Origin: Raphidiopsis brookii D9
Lineage (GTDB): Bacteria; Cyanobacteriota; Cyanobacteriia; Cyanobacteriales; Nostocaceae
Direction of reading: 5' to 3'
NCBI GenBank assembly: GCA_000175855.1
Contig: ACYB01000021.1
Coordinates: 1-32,000 of the forward strand
DNA length: 32,000 nt
Shown: positions 1-9,423 of the stretch, in pieces
Numbering within the stretch: the first letter of the stretch is position 1
How the letters are laid out: every line of letters starts with the position of its first letter
Translations under genes and position numbers: made by a program
Notes under the pieces: model-generated
Databases searched by the model: none
What the model saw: the letters and a program-made list of their open reading frames with translations, nothing else
What the model was told of the DNA's origin: nothing

Positions 1-299
1 CCCCTTGGATTTAGCAGCTGGTGCTGTCTGACCACTTTGTCACCCCTTAACAACACTAACACTCGTCAGTGCGATTACGAAGCACTCACTACGGGAGAGA
101 GCTTTTCTCATATGCTCTGTTTATTTAGGCTTGTCAAGTATAGTTTAATTAGTTGAGGGGAGTATTTCACCTCTCTAACCCCAAAAATGATCCAAATACT
201 AACAAAAATAACAAGTGTATTTGTGTTTGGATAAAATTTAATACATTTGCACTTTTTGTGTATGCTACACCTAACACAAGGAAATTTTAACTTCTTATG

Positions 300-339
300 T
301 GTTATGTATTTTCCATATTATGTTATGTATTTTCCATAT
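300..339. repeat. Tandem direct repeat upstream of carB
   Basis: TGTTATGTATTTTCCATAT occurs at 300-318 and again at 321-339, period 21. Confidence 0.85.
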
Positions 340-402
340 ATTTTGTTAACAGTTAGTTCATAATAGTCAAGATTTGTATTTTCCTGATCTAAAGTAAAAA
401 CT

Positions 403-3400
403 ATGCCCCGTCGTCAAGATATCCACAAAATACTTCTGTTAGGTTCTGGTCCAATCGTGATTGGTCAGGCCTGTGAGTTTGATTACTCAGGTACTCAAGC
501 ATGTAAAGCTTTACGGGAAGAGGGTTTTGAAGTAGTACTAGTCAATTCTAACCCTGCTACCATTATGACCGACCCAGAAACAGCAGACCGCACCTATATT
601 GAACCTTTAACACCAGAAATGGTGGCTAAGGTTATAGCTAAAGAACGTCCTGATGCTCTTCTTCCTACTATGGGTGGACAAACTGCTTTAAATATTGCCG
701 TAGCTTTGGCTAAGAATGGTGTTTTAGAAGAGTATAATGTTGAGCTGATTGGTGCTAAATTACCAGCAATTGAAAAAGCTGAGGACAGAAAATTGTTTAA
801 TGACGCCATGGAGAAAATTGGCGTGAGTGTTTGTCCCAGTGGTACAGCATCCACTTTGGAAGAATCAAAGGCGATCGCACAGAGAATAGGATCTTACCCG
901 TTAATTATTCGTCCAGCTTTTACCATGGGGGGTACTGGCGGGGGTATTGCCTACAATAAGGAAGAATTTGAAGTGATGGCCCAGGTGGGTATTGATGCTA
1001 GTCCTGTGTCGCAAATTTTAATTGACCAGTCTTTACTGGGTTGGAAAGAATATGAGTTGGAAGTAATGCGAGATTTAGCAGATAATGTGGTAATTATCTG
1101 TTCTATTGAAAATTTAGATCCTATGGGGATACATACCGGGGATTCTATTACTGTAGCTCCAGCTCAAACCCTAACGGATAAGGAATACCAACGATTGCGG
1201 GATATGGCAATTAAGATTATCCGGGAAATAGGGGTAGAAACGGGGGGTTCTAATATTCAATTTGCTGTCAATCCGGTAAATGGGGATGTGGTGGTGATTG
1301 AAATGAACCCCCGTGTATCGCGGAGTTCTGCTTTAGCTTCTAAAGCTACTGGGTTTCCTATTGCTAAAATGGCCGCTAAATTGGCTGTGGGTTATACTTT
1401 GGATGAGATTAAAAATGATATTACCAAAAAAACCCCTGCATCTTTTGAACCTACTATTGACTATGTGGTGACTAAGATTCCCCGGTTTGCTTTTGAGAAG
1501 TTCCCTGGATCAGATCCGGTCTTAACCACTCAAATGAAGTCTGTGGGTGAAGCAATGGCTATTGGCAGAACTTTTAATGAGTCTTTCCAAAAGGCTTTAC
1601 GCTCTTTGGAAACTGGTCGTGCTGGATGGGGAGCAGATAAAGCGGAAAAGCTACCCAGTGGAGAACAGGTTCGCGCTCAATTACGCACCCCCAATCCCGA
1701 AAGAATTTTTGCCCTACGTCATGCTATGCAGTTGGGTATGAGCAATGAGGAAATTTATGAATTGACTGCTATTGACCCCTGGTTTTTGGATAAACTGCAC
1801 CAAATTCTCGAAACTGAGAAGTTCTTGAAACGCACACCTCTACAACAACTGACAAAGGTGCAGATGTATGAGGTTAAACGTAATGGTTTTAGCGATCGCC
1901 AAATTGCTTTTTGCACTAAAACGAAGGAGGATGAGGTTAGAGTATATCGTAAACAATTGGGTGTGATTCCAGTTTATAAGACTGTGGATACCTGTGCAGC
2001 GGAGTTTGAGGCTTTTACACCCTATTATTATTCCACCTATGAGGAGGAAACTGAAATTCTACCCACTGATAAGCCCAAGGTAATGATCTTGGGTGGTGGA
2101 CCTAATCGTATTGGTCAGGGAATAGAATTTGATTATTGTTGCTGTCATGCAGCTTATGCCTTAAAATCCGCCAACTATGAAACCATTATGGTTAATTCTA
2201 ATCCAGAAACGGTTTCTACAGATTATGATACCAGCGATCGCCTATATTTTGAACCTCTGACCAAGGAGGATGTTCTCAACATTATTGAAGCGGAAAATCC
2301 GGTGGGGATTATTGTTCAGTTTGGTGGACAAACTCCTCTCAAATTAGCAGTCCCCCTACAAGAATACTTGCAGCAATCCCCATCCACAGTTACCCGTATT
2401 TGGGGAACATCTCCTGATTCTATTGATATGGCGGAAAATCGCGAGCGATTTGAAAAAATTCTGGAAGAACTAAAAATCGCTCAACCAGCTAATGGTATAG
2501 CCAGAAGTTATGAAGATGCCTTAATTGTAGCGAAACGCATTGGCTATCCAGTGGTAGTTCGCCCCAGTTACGTTTTGGGAGGAAGAGCTATGGAAATAGT
2601 TTACTCTGACTCGGAATTAGAAAGATATATGAGCTTTGCAGTTCAAGTAGAGCCAGAACATCCTATCCTCATTGATAAGTTCCTGGAAAATGCCATTGAA
2701 GTTGATGTCGATGCGATCGCTGATCATCAAGGGAGAGTAGTGATTGGTGGCATTATGGAACACATTGAACAGGCGGGTATTCACTCGGGAGACTCGGCAT
2801 GTTCCCTCCCTTCTATTTCTCTTTCTCCTGCAGTTTTGAACCAAATTAGAACTTGGACTGTAGAACTGGCAAAAGCCTTATCAGTAGTTGGTTTAATGAA
2901 CATTCAGTTTGCCGTTGTGGGTGCTAGTAGCTATTCTCCCCAGGTTTACATTTTAGAGGCCAATCCCCGAGCCTCTCGTACGGTGCCGTTTGTCTCTAAA
3001 GCTACAGGAGTTCCCCTAGCTAGATTGGCATCCCTAATTATGTCTGGTAAAACACTGGAAGAATTAAACTTTACCCGAGAAGTTATTCCCCAACATATAG
3101 CAGTTAAGGAAGCTGTTTTACCCTTTAATAAATTCCCCGGTACAGATACCCTATTAGGACCGGAAATGCGTTCAACCGGGGAGGTAATGGGTATTGACGT
3201 TGATTTTGGGCGAGCATTTGCCAAAGCAGAAATGGGTGCAGGGGAAAAATTACCACTCCAAGGTACTGTGTTTGTATCTATGAGCGATCGAGATAAAAGC
3301 TTAGTAGTGGAAGTAATCAAAGAATTTATTCAGCTGGGCTTTAAGGTGATTGCTACCCAGGGGACAAGTGAATTTCTTAGGGAACAGGGTCTAAAAATTG

Positions 3401-3654
3401 AGACCATTCTCAAACTACACGAAGGTCGTCCCCACGTGCTGGATGCCATTAAAAACCGACAAATTCAATTAATCATTAACACACCCTCAGGACAAGAAGC
3501 CCGAACTGATGGACAGTTGATTAGACGTACAGCATTAGGGTATAAGATACCTATAATTACCACTATAGCGGGTGCAAAAGCAACCGTAGCTGCTATTCGC
3601 TCTTTACAGAATATAAACTTGGATGTCAAAACCATTCAGGAATACTCTTTTTAA
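403..3654 (+). CDS. carB: Carbamoyl-phosphate synthase large subunit
   Basis: 1083 aa full-length ORF; N-terminus [39 protein letters not shown], duplicated ATP-grasp halves (second begins [21 protein letters not shown]), C-terminal MGS-like domain. Confidence 0.98.
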   Translation: MPRRQDIHKILLLGSGPIVIGQACEFDYSGTQACKALREEGFEVVLVNSNPATIMTDPETADRTYIEPLTPEMVAKVIAKERPDALLPTMGGQTALNIAVALAKNGVLEEYNVELIGAKLPAIEKAEDRKLFNDAMEKIGVSVCPSGTASTLEESKAIAQRIGSYPLIIRPAFTMGGTGGGIAYNKEEFEVMAQVGIDASPVSQILIDQSLLGWKEYELEVMRDLADNVVIICSIENLDPMGIHTGDSITVAPAQTLTDKEYQRLRDMAIKIIREIGVETGGSNIQFAVNPVNGDVVVIEMNPRVSRSSALASKATGFPIAKMAAKLAVGYTLDEIKNDITKKTPASFEPTIDYVVTKIPRFAFEKFPGSDPVLTTQMKSVGEAMAIGRTFNESFQKALRSLETGRAGWGADKAEKLPSGEQVRAQLRTPNPERIFALRHAMQLGMSNEEIYELTAIDPWFLDKLHQILETEKFLKRTPLQQLTKVQMYEVKRNGFSDRQIAFCTKTKEDEVRVYRKQLGVIPVYKTVDTCAAEFEAFTPYYYSTYEEETEILPTDKPKVMILGGGPNRIGQGIEFDYCCCHAAYALKSANYETIMVNSNPETVSTDYDTSDRLYFEPLTKEDVLNIIEAENPVGIIVQFGGQTPLKLAVPLQEYLQQSPSTVTRIWGTSPDSIDMAENRERFEKILEELKIAQPANGIARSYEDALIVAKRIGYPVVVRPSYVLGGRAMEIVYSDSELERYMSFAVQVEPEHPILIDKFLENAIEVDVDAIADHQGRVVIGGIMEHIEQAGIHSGDSACSLPSISLSPAVLNQIRTWTVELAKALSVVGLMNIQFAVVGASSYSPQVYILEANPRASRTVPFVSKATGVPLARLASLIMSGKTLEELNFTREVIPQHIAVKEAVLPFNKFPGTDTLLGPEMRSTGEVMGIDVDFGRAFAKAEMGAGEKLPLQGTVFVSMSDRDKSLVVEVIKEFIQLGFKVIATQGTSEFLREQGLKIETILKLHEGRPHVLDAIKNRQIQLIINTPSGQEARTDGQLIRRTALGYKIPIITTIAGAKATVAAIRSLQNINLDVKTIQEYSF

Positions 3655-3718
3655 AAACCTATTTTGCCAGGTCTCCACATCAAGGGGAATTAATTAATGG
3701 CGTGATTGCTGGATAGAG

Positions 3719-3751
3719 GTTATAGCTCACCCCCTTAAGGGTGGGCATAAC
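3719..3751. repeat. Imperfect inverted repeat/hairpin downstream of carB
   Basis: GTTAT[A]GCTCACCC - CCTTAA - GGGTGGGCATAAC; about 13 pairs including one T-G wobble and one bulge. No downstream T-tract. Confidence 0.55.
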
Positions 3752-4016
3752 TGGAATTTGGAAACAACCTTTGTCAATATGGGTAAATCAATATGGTTAC
3801 TATTGAGAGATATTAACAATTATGTGGTGTGTGGCGACTCATAATATAAATATAACTAAAACGCTCAGGGGGGGGAGTTGATGGCTAAAAGTGATTACTG
3901 AGCAGTTGATTCATCAATTAACCGTACTCTATAAAACCAAAAAGGTTCGGGTTTCTCGGTAGTCAACTTTTCTCATAAAAGTTACAATTCGTAATAATCA
4001 CATCAAGTAAAAATAT

Positions 4017-4045
4017 TTGACGGATTACTTAAAATACTGTATGTA
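4017..4045 (+). promoter_or_regulatory. Candidate sigma70-type promoter for the sigma-factor gene
   Basis: TTGACG at 4017-4022, 17 nt spacer, TATGTA at 4040-4045; motif match by eye only. Confidence 0.3.
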
Positions 4046-4208
4046 GTTTATATGTACTTTTCAGTACCAATAAATCACCATAACCTCTAACAGTTAAAAA
4101 GCCTCTATCGAGTTGATATCAACAACCGAGCTGATCGGGTGTATAAGTTACAAGACTTGAGATGGTTTCCCAGTTTACCTGAGTTGTAAAATAGTAAGGC
4201 ATTAGCTA

Positions 4209-5207
4209 ATGACACTACCAGCAAACCCAGCATCATTAAACAGTAACGCCATGAAAACCGCTCAAACACCCACGGACATAGTGCGGACTTACCTGCGGGA
4301 GATTGGCAAAGTACCACTTTTAACCCATGAACAGGAGATTTATTATGGTAAACAGGTGCAAAAATCCACAGCATTGTATGAGACAAAAGATAATCTAGCT
4401 CAGGAGTTAAACCGTCAACCAAGTTTAGAAGAGTGGGCAAAAGCAGCACAGTTAGATCCACAAGAATTAAATCGGTTGCTGGCTCAGGGGGAAATTGCTA
4501 AACGTAAGATGGTAGAAGCCAATTTACGTCTGTTAGTATCTGTGGCCAAAAAATATATTAAGCGTAATGTAGACCTACTGGATTTAATTCAGGAGGGTAG
4601 TATAGGGATGCAGCGGGGCGTGGAGAAATTTGACCCCAGTAAAGGCTATAGGTTTTCTACCTATGCTTATTGGTGGATACGTCAGGCAATTACTCGTGCT
4701 ATTGCAGAAAAAGCTAGGACTATTAGACTGCCTATACATATTACTGAAAAACTCAACAAAATCAAAAAAGCCCAAAGGGATTTATCACAAACCTTGGGAA
4801 GGTCACCAAGTATAGCTGAACTTGCCCAAGAGCTGGAAATAACACCTAAACAAGTGAGGGACTGTTTAGAAAAAGCCCGCTTACCCTTATCCCTGGACTT
4901 ACGTTTAGGAGATAATTACGACACTGAACTGGGAGAAATGCTAGAAGACCCGGGTGCGTCACCGGAGGATTATGTGATTCAATCTTCCCTATCTTCCGAA
5001 TTAGAGCGGATGATGACCCATCTCACTACCCAGCAAAGGGAGGTAATTAAACTGCGTTTTGGTTTGGTAGACGGTCAGTCTATGACCTTGGCCAGAATTG
5101 GAGAGGTGCTGAATATTAGTCGAGAGAGGGTGCGACAAATTGAAAGAGAAGCCTTAACAAGACTGCGTAGATGTAAAACTAGCATGAGTGAATATCTTGT
5201 TAGTTAA
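4209..5207 (+). CDS. RNA polymerase sigma factor, RpoD-like group 2 (SigB/SigD-type)
   Basis: Regions 1.2-4.2 recognisable: [90 protein letters not shown]-like [20 protein letters not shown]. Short N-terminus typical of group 2. Start could be the internal ATG at 4251. Confidence 0.93.
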   Translation: MTLPANPASLNSNAMKTAQTPTDIVRTYLREIGKVPLLTHEQEIYYGKQVQKSTALYETKDNLAQELNRQPSLEEWAKAAQLDPQELNRLLAQGEIAKRKMVEANLRLLVSVAKKYIKRNVDLLDLIQEGSIGMQRGVEKFDPSKGYRFSTYAYWWIRQAITRAIAEKARTIRLPIHITEKLNKIKKAQRDLSQTLGRSPSIAELAQELEITPKQVRDCLEKARLPLSLDLRLGDNYDTELGEMLEDPGASPEDYVIQSSLSSELERMMTHLTTQQREVIKLRFGLVDGQSMTLARIGEVLNISRERVRQIEREALTRLRRCKTSMSEYLVS

Positions 5208-5440
5208 GTGGAAAACAGGGGGTTAGGTATGGGACTTCCCCGTTCACGCTCCCTGTTCGGACAACTGATCTAATTTTTGTACGGTTAAACCTAATCTCCA
5301 GATTCAGAATAACCTGTTATATTAAATATCAGGTCGTAAGCTTAAATTTTTTATCAATATTTCAGATACAAAACCGTTAACTGGCTAATTATTTAGGTAT
5401 CAATTATCAGATTACGTAGTTGTAGCAAAGGAGAGCAGCA

Positions 5441-5788
5441 GTGAGTAACCAACCTAAGGAAGTATCCGAGTTTTTTCATGGTGAGGTTGAGAACAGTAAC
5501 CTCTTATGGCAATACGTTAAGTCTTTGAGTCCTGAAGCAGTAAATCAACTGTCTAAACCTACATCCTCAGAAGTGTTTCAAGTAATGGAGCGCAACATTG
5601 TGGGACTACTGGGTAATTTACCCTCAGAACACTTTGGAATTACCATTACCACAAGTAAGGAAAACTTGGGTAGATTGCTTGCTTCAGCAATGATCAGTGG
5701 TTATTTTTTACGTAATGCGGAGCAGAGAATGAACTTTGATCTGTCCCTGGATAAAACTGAAACAAACAGAAGCGACACAAAGCCTTAA
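5441..5788 (+). CDS. DUF760-family protein
   Basis: 115 aa; NLLWQYVKSLSPEAVNQLSKP...SSEVFQVMERNIVGLLGNLPSEHFGITITTSKENLGRLLASAMISGYFLRNAEQRM resembles cyanobacterial DUF760 proteins; GTG start after GGAG. Confidence 0.75.
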   Translation: MSNQPKEVSEFFHGEVENSNLLWQYVKSLSPEAVNQLSKPTSSEVFQVMERNIVGLLGNLPSEHFGITITTSKENLGRLLASAMISGYFLRNAEQRMNFDLSLDKTETNRSDTKP

Positions 5789-5812
5789 GTTAGACGGTGT
5801 TAGCCTTTTAAT

Positions 5813-6232
5813 ATGATAACTCCCAAACCTCAACAGAACACCAATCCTCCCCATAAAATTATTGGGGTTGGGGTGATTTGGAATCAGGAAAAACAAATTT
5901 TAATTGATCGTCGTTTACCCACAGGATCTATGGCCAATCTATGGGAGTTTCCTGGTGGGAAGCTGGAGGAAGGGGAAACCATCCAAGATTGTATAGTGCG
6001 GGAGATCAGGGAAGAATTAGGCATTAAAATTGCCGTGAGGGAACATTTGATAACCATTGACCATACCTATTCCCACCTGCGGGTAACCTTAAGCGTCTAT
6101 CACTGCGACTATCTGGATGGCACTCCCCAGTCCATAGAGTGTGCTGAATTCCGTTGGGTCAATTTAGATGATTTAGAGCATTTTGAATTTCCTGCTGCCA
6201 ATGGACAGATTATTGCAGCTTTAAACAGGTAA
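5813..6232 (+). CDS. mutT: NUDIX hydrolase, MutT-type (8-oxo-dGTP pyrophosphatase-like)
   Basis: 139 aa; Nudix box GGKLEEGETIQDCIVREIREELGI. Confidence 0.88.
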   Translation: MITPKPQQNTNPPHKIIGVGVIWNQEKQILIDRRLPTGSMANLWEFPGGKLEEGETIQDCIVREIREELGIKIAVREHLITIDHTYSHLRVTLSVYHCDYLDGTPQSIECAEFRWVNLDDLEHFEFPAANGQIIAALNR

Positions 6233-6493
6233 CAATCAGAATAAATCTCACGCCCCAACCCACCCCTAAAAGTATCGGTGAAATAGCTCTCCTTTAAGAG
6301 TATACTTAGGTAGTTTTGGATAAGTTTTATTAGAGTGATCTTTTTCGCCAATTCTCAAATCGAATGTCAATAACAGAACATAAAATAACAGTAAACTCAC
6401 TGGAATGGTTTCATAGAAAAGCTGACCCCCTAGAATTTTATTGATGAAACAATTTTTGCTGGTAGCTAGTTAAGTTTAGAAGGAGTTGATGTT

Positions 6494-6709
6494 ATGTTAG
6501 TTAAAGGAATTAAAAAAGGCAAAACTATTGAGTTATTAGAGGAAGTTGATTTTCCTGATAATGAAGAGTTATTAATGGAAATTAGAGAGGTTAATGATTT
6601 TTGGTCAGCCTTGGAGGATTTTAGACAAAGAGTAGATTTGGCAAGTCTTGATGATGATACTTTTGATAGTTTACGGGACAAGTCAACAGGGAGAGATGTT
6701 CGTTTATGA
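6494..6709 (+). CDS. Antitoxin of type II toxin-antitoxin pair (VapB-like)
   Basis: 71 aa, MLVKGIKKGKTIELLEEVDFPDNEEL... small acidic protein with stop overlapping the downstream PIN-protein start (ATGA at 6706-6709). Confidence 0.7.
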   Translation: MLVKGIKKGKTIELLEEVDFPDNEELLMEIREVNDFWSALEDFRQRVDLASLDDDTFDSLRDKSTGRDVRL

Positions 6710-7125
6710 CTCTCAAATATTTGCTAGATACTAATATTTTGTCAGAGGCTAAACGACCTCACCCGAATCAGAAGGTCATGACGAAGCTAAGATTATCTAA
6801 ACGAGAAATAGCCACAGCTACTCTAGTAATCCATGAGCTATTATTTGGTTGTTTTCGACTTTCTCTGTCTAAAAAACGCCAAGACTTAGAGGATTATGTA
6901 AATAACGTTATTTTAGCCAATCTACCTTTATTCGATTATGACTTAAAATCAGCCGAATATCACGCACGGGAAAGGTCAAGGTTGTCTAAAGTCGGTAAGA
7001 GTCCTGCTTTTGTCGATGGTCAAATAGCGTCTATTGCTTTTACCAACAATTTGACTTTAGTTACCAATAATGTTGATGATTTTAAAGATTTAGAAGGTTT
7101 AGTGATTGAAAATTGGTTTCTCTAA
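6706..7125 (+). CDS. vapC: PIN-domain ribonuclease toxin, VapC family
   Basis: 139 aa; YLLDTNILSE, VIHELLFG, AFVDGQIASIA, LVTNNVDDFKDL carry the conserved acidic PIN positions. Confidence 0.88.
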   Translation: MTLKYLLDTNILSEAKRPHPNQKVMTKLRLSKREIATATLVIHELLFGCFRLSLSKKRQDLEDYVNNVILANLPLFDYDLKSAEYHARERSRLSKVGKSPAFVDGQIASIAFTNNLTLVTNNVDDFKDLEGLVIENWFL

Positions 7126-7388
7126 TCTGTAATTGTTCCGTGTTAATACTCGATAAATCATTTCAGCTAAAAATGTCTAGGCTGAATGATCCTATCCGTT
7201 ACCTTTCCCACCCCATAATGCTCCCCCAGAAAGATGATCACTGCGTCATCGATCGTAACGATAAGGGTCACCTCGAAAAATAGCGTTGCACCTGTCAATA
7301 CTATCGCCAATTTTTCCAAATATGTCTGAAACCCTATTTACAGCGTCATGATTTTATTGGGTTTCAGGATTTTGGCTAAGGTACTGAG

Positions 7389-7574
7389 TGCAGAACTATT
7401 GATCCTTGGTTGTCTGTAGAACTGGTGGAGAGTTTTGCTCAATCTGTACCCGATGTTGAAATCATAAAACTTAACAATGTGGGTCATTATCCTCAAGAGC
7501 ATTACCACGAGGTGATCTTACAGGATTTATTAGCCTTTGTGCGCTTGACCAGTACCCAGGCGCAAAAATCCTGA
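7389..7574 (+). pseudogene. C-terminal remnant of an alpha/beta hydrolase (haloalkane-dehalogenase-like)
   Basis: In-frame CRTIDPWLSVELVESFAQSVPDVEIIKLNNVGHYPQEHYHEVILQDLLAFVRLTSTQAQKS*; the frame is closed by TAA at 7377-7379 and no start or N-terminal catalytic core is present. Confidence 0.65.
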
Positions 7575-7640
7575 TCAGGTAGGCTAAATATACAATCATC
7601 TACAATTGTCTGTAACTTGAATCGGAGTGATTGAGAACTT

Positions 7641-8252
7641 ATGGCTTATTATTGGTTTAAAGCATTTCATATTGTTGGTTTTGTAGTCTGGTTTGCTGGT
7701 TTATTTTATCTAGTACGGTTGTTTATCTACCACGCTGAGGCCAATCAAGAACCTGAACCAGCTAAGACCATACTGAAAAATCAGTATCAAATCATGGAAA
7801 AACGTCTTTATCATATCATCACCATCCCTGGAATGATCGTCACTTTAGCTATGGCTGGTGGTATTATTTATACCAATCCCGATCTATTTCACGAAACTTG
7901 GTTGCATTTCAAGTTGGGGTTTGTAGGGATTTTATTAGTCTATCATCATTACTGTGGTAGATTGATGAAACAGTTGGCTGCAAATGAGTGCAAGTGGAGT
8001 GGAAAGCAACTAAGAGCTCTAAATGAAGCACCAACTTTGCTATTAGTTATCATTGTTATGTTGGCTATTTTCAAAAATAATCTCCCCACTGATATTACTG
8101 CTTGGGTAATTTTTGGATTAGTGATTTTGATGGCTGCCAGTATTCAGATATATGCCAAAATTCGTAGACGAAATCAAGAAAAGTTGCTAGTGCAAATGAA
8201 TCAGATTAATCAAAACAATCCAACTGATCAGATTCCACAAGTCCAAAATTAG
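7641..8252 (+). CDS. hemJ: Protoporphyrinogen IX oxidase HemJ
   Basis: 203 aa, multi-TM; YYWFKAFHIVGFVVWFAGLFYLVRLFIYHAEA...QYQIMEKRLYHIITIPGM...FHETWLHFKLGFV is characteristic of HemJ. Confidence 0.85.
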   Translation: MAYYWFKAFHIVGFVVWFAGLFYLVRLFIYHAEANQEPEPAKTILKNQYQIMEKRLYHIITIPGMIVTLAMAGGIIYTNPDLFHETWLHFKLGFVGILLVYHHYCGRLMKQLAANECKWSGKQLRALNEAPTLLLVIIVMLAIFKNNLPTDITAWVIFGLVILMAASIQIYAKIRRRNQEKLLVQMNQINQNNPTDQIPQVQN

Positions 8253-8274
8253 ACGGCGCACAAAAAAGGGGGAA

Positions 8275-9177
8275 ATGGGGAATAATGAAATCATCTACAG
8301 TAATATGTCCCAAGAATTAGTAAATAGTTTATTTATCAATCGGGTAGCCGTTTTGGCAACCATGCACCATAAAGAAAATGTCATTGCTCCATTATTACAA
8401 AAGCAACTGGGGTTAGAAGTTGTTGTCCCAGCAAATTTTAACACCGATCAATTTGGTACGTTTACCAGGGAGATAAAACGTCCAGATACCCAAATAGTCA
8501 CGGCTAAATTAAAAGCCAAAAAAGCAATGGAAATGACTGGGGAAACTATAGGTATAGCAAGTGAGGGCAGTTTTGTGCCCCATCCTAATTTTCCTTATAT
8601 TTATGCCAATAGAGAAATTGTATTACTTTTAGATCAACAAAATGACTTACAAATTATGGGAGAGGTGTTTTCCACAGAGACCAATTTTAATCATTTGGTG
8701 ATCAATAGTTTTGAAGCGGCACAAAAATTTGCTGATAAAGTTGGTTTTCCCGACCATGGATTAGTGATTTGGCTTGAATCTTCCAATGGGCAAGATCCTG
8801 AAATTATTAAAGGTATCACCACTCAAGAACAGCTATATGAGTCTGTAAATTTTGCCTTAAATAATTCTCCCCATGGTAAGTTACACATAGAGACTGATAT
8901 GCGAGCACTTTATAATCCCACCCGCATGAACAACATTGCAAAAGCTACTCAGGATTTGGTGGAAAAAATTTACAGTTGTTGTCCTCAATGCAGTACACCC
9001 GGATTTAGCATTACCGACAGAACTCAAGGTTTGCCATGCGAAAGTTGTGGTCAGCCCACTTCATTAACTATGGGGGTAATTTACCAATGTCAAAAGTGCA
9101 ATTTTATCGAGCAGAAGTTATATCCCGATGGTAAATTTTTTGCTGATCCTGGATTATGTCCATATTGTAATCCCTAA
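8275..9177 (+). CDS. DUF6671-like protein with C-terminal zinc ribbon
   Basis: 300 aa; NRVAVLATMHHKENVIAPLLQKQLGLEVVVPANFNTDQFGTFTREI...; C-terminal CCPQCSTPGFSI...CESCGQPT, CQKCNFIEQK...CPYCNP. Confidence 0.65.
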   Translation: MGNNEIIYSNMSQELVNSLFINRVAVLATMHHKENVIAPLLQKQLGLEVVVPANFNTDQFGTFTREIKRPDTQIVTAKLKAKKAMEMTGETIGIASEGSFVPHPNFPYIYANREIVLLLDQQNDLQIMGEVFSTETNFNHLVINSFEAAQKFADKVGFPDHGLVIWLESSNGQDPEIIKGITTQEQLYESVNFALNNSPHGKLHIETDMRALYNPTRMNNIAKATQDLVEKIYSCCPQCSTPGFSITDRTQGLPCESCGQPTSLTMGVIYQCQKCNFIEQKLYPDGKFFADPGLCPYCNP

Positions 9178-9214
9178 TAGTCTCTATAGCAATGCCCAAA
9201 ATCAGAATAAAGCC

Positions 9215-9271
9215 CCCTCCTGAAAATTTTAATTATGTAATTATGAAACAAATTAAAATTACAAGAGGAGG
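9215..9271. repeat. Inverted repeat in intergenic region
   Basis: AATTTTAATT (9225-9234) pairs with AATTAAAATT (9251-9260); outer CCTCCT pairs with AGGAGG. Confidence 0.5.
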
Positions 9272-9423
9272 TTTGGAGCTAAAGTCCGGTAGGGTAATCG
9301 GGCTATTTAATATATAGTCTTGACTGGATACAAAACCAGTCTCTCTCTAGATAGATAAATTTTGTCCACAAATTCTCTATTGGTATAATTTGCCATCTGC
9401 AGTTTTTAAAAACCGTCTCTCAG

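Noticed and set aside
2-32. Possible tail of an upstream plus-strand CDS (..PLDLAAGAV*)
   Set aside because: Only 10 codons visible; cannot be assigned.
594-3320. Antisense/off-frame ORFs inside carB (594-854 -, 2617-2844 -, 2946-3320 -, 1547-1741 +)
   Set aside because: Fully inside a strongly conserved 1083-aa carB; composition looks like shadow translation.
4105-4461. 118-aa minus-strand ORF overlapping the sigma gene
   Set aside because: Overlaps the conserved sigma-factor N-terminal coding region on the opposite strand; no recognisable domain.
6233-6493. Transposase remnant or attachment site upstream of the TA pair
   Set aside because: Only a short GTTTCAT/ATGAAAC inverted repeat was seen; no transposase-like translation or target-site duplication could be supported.
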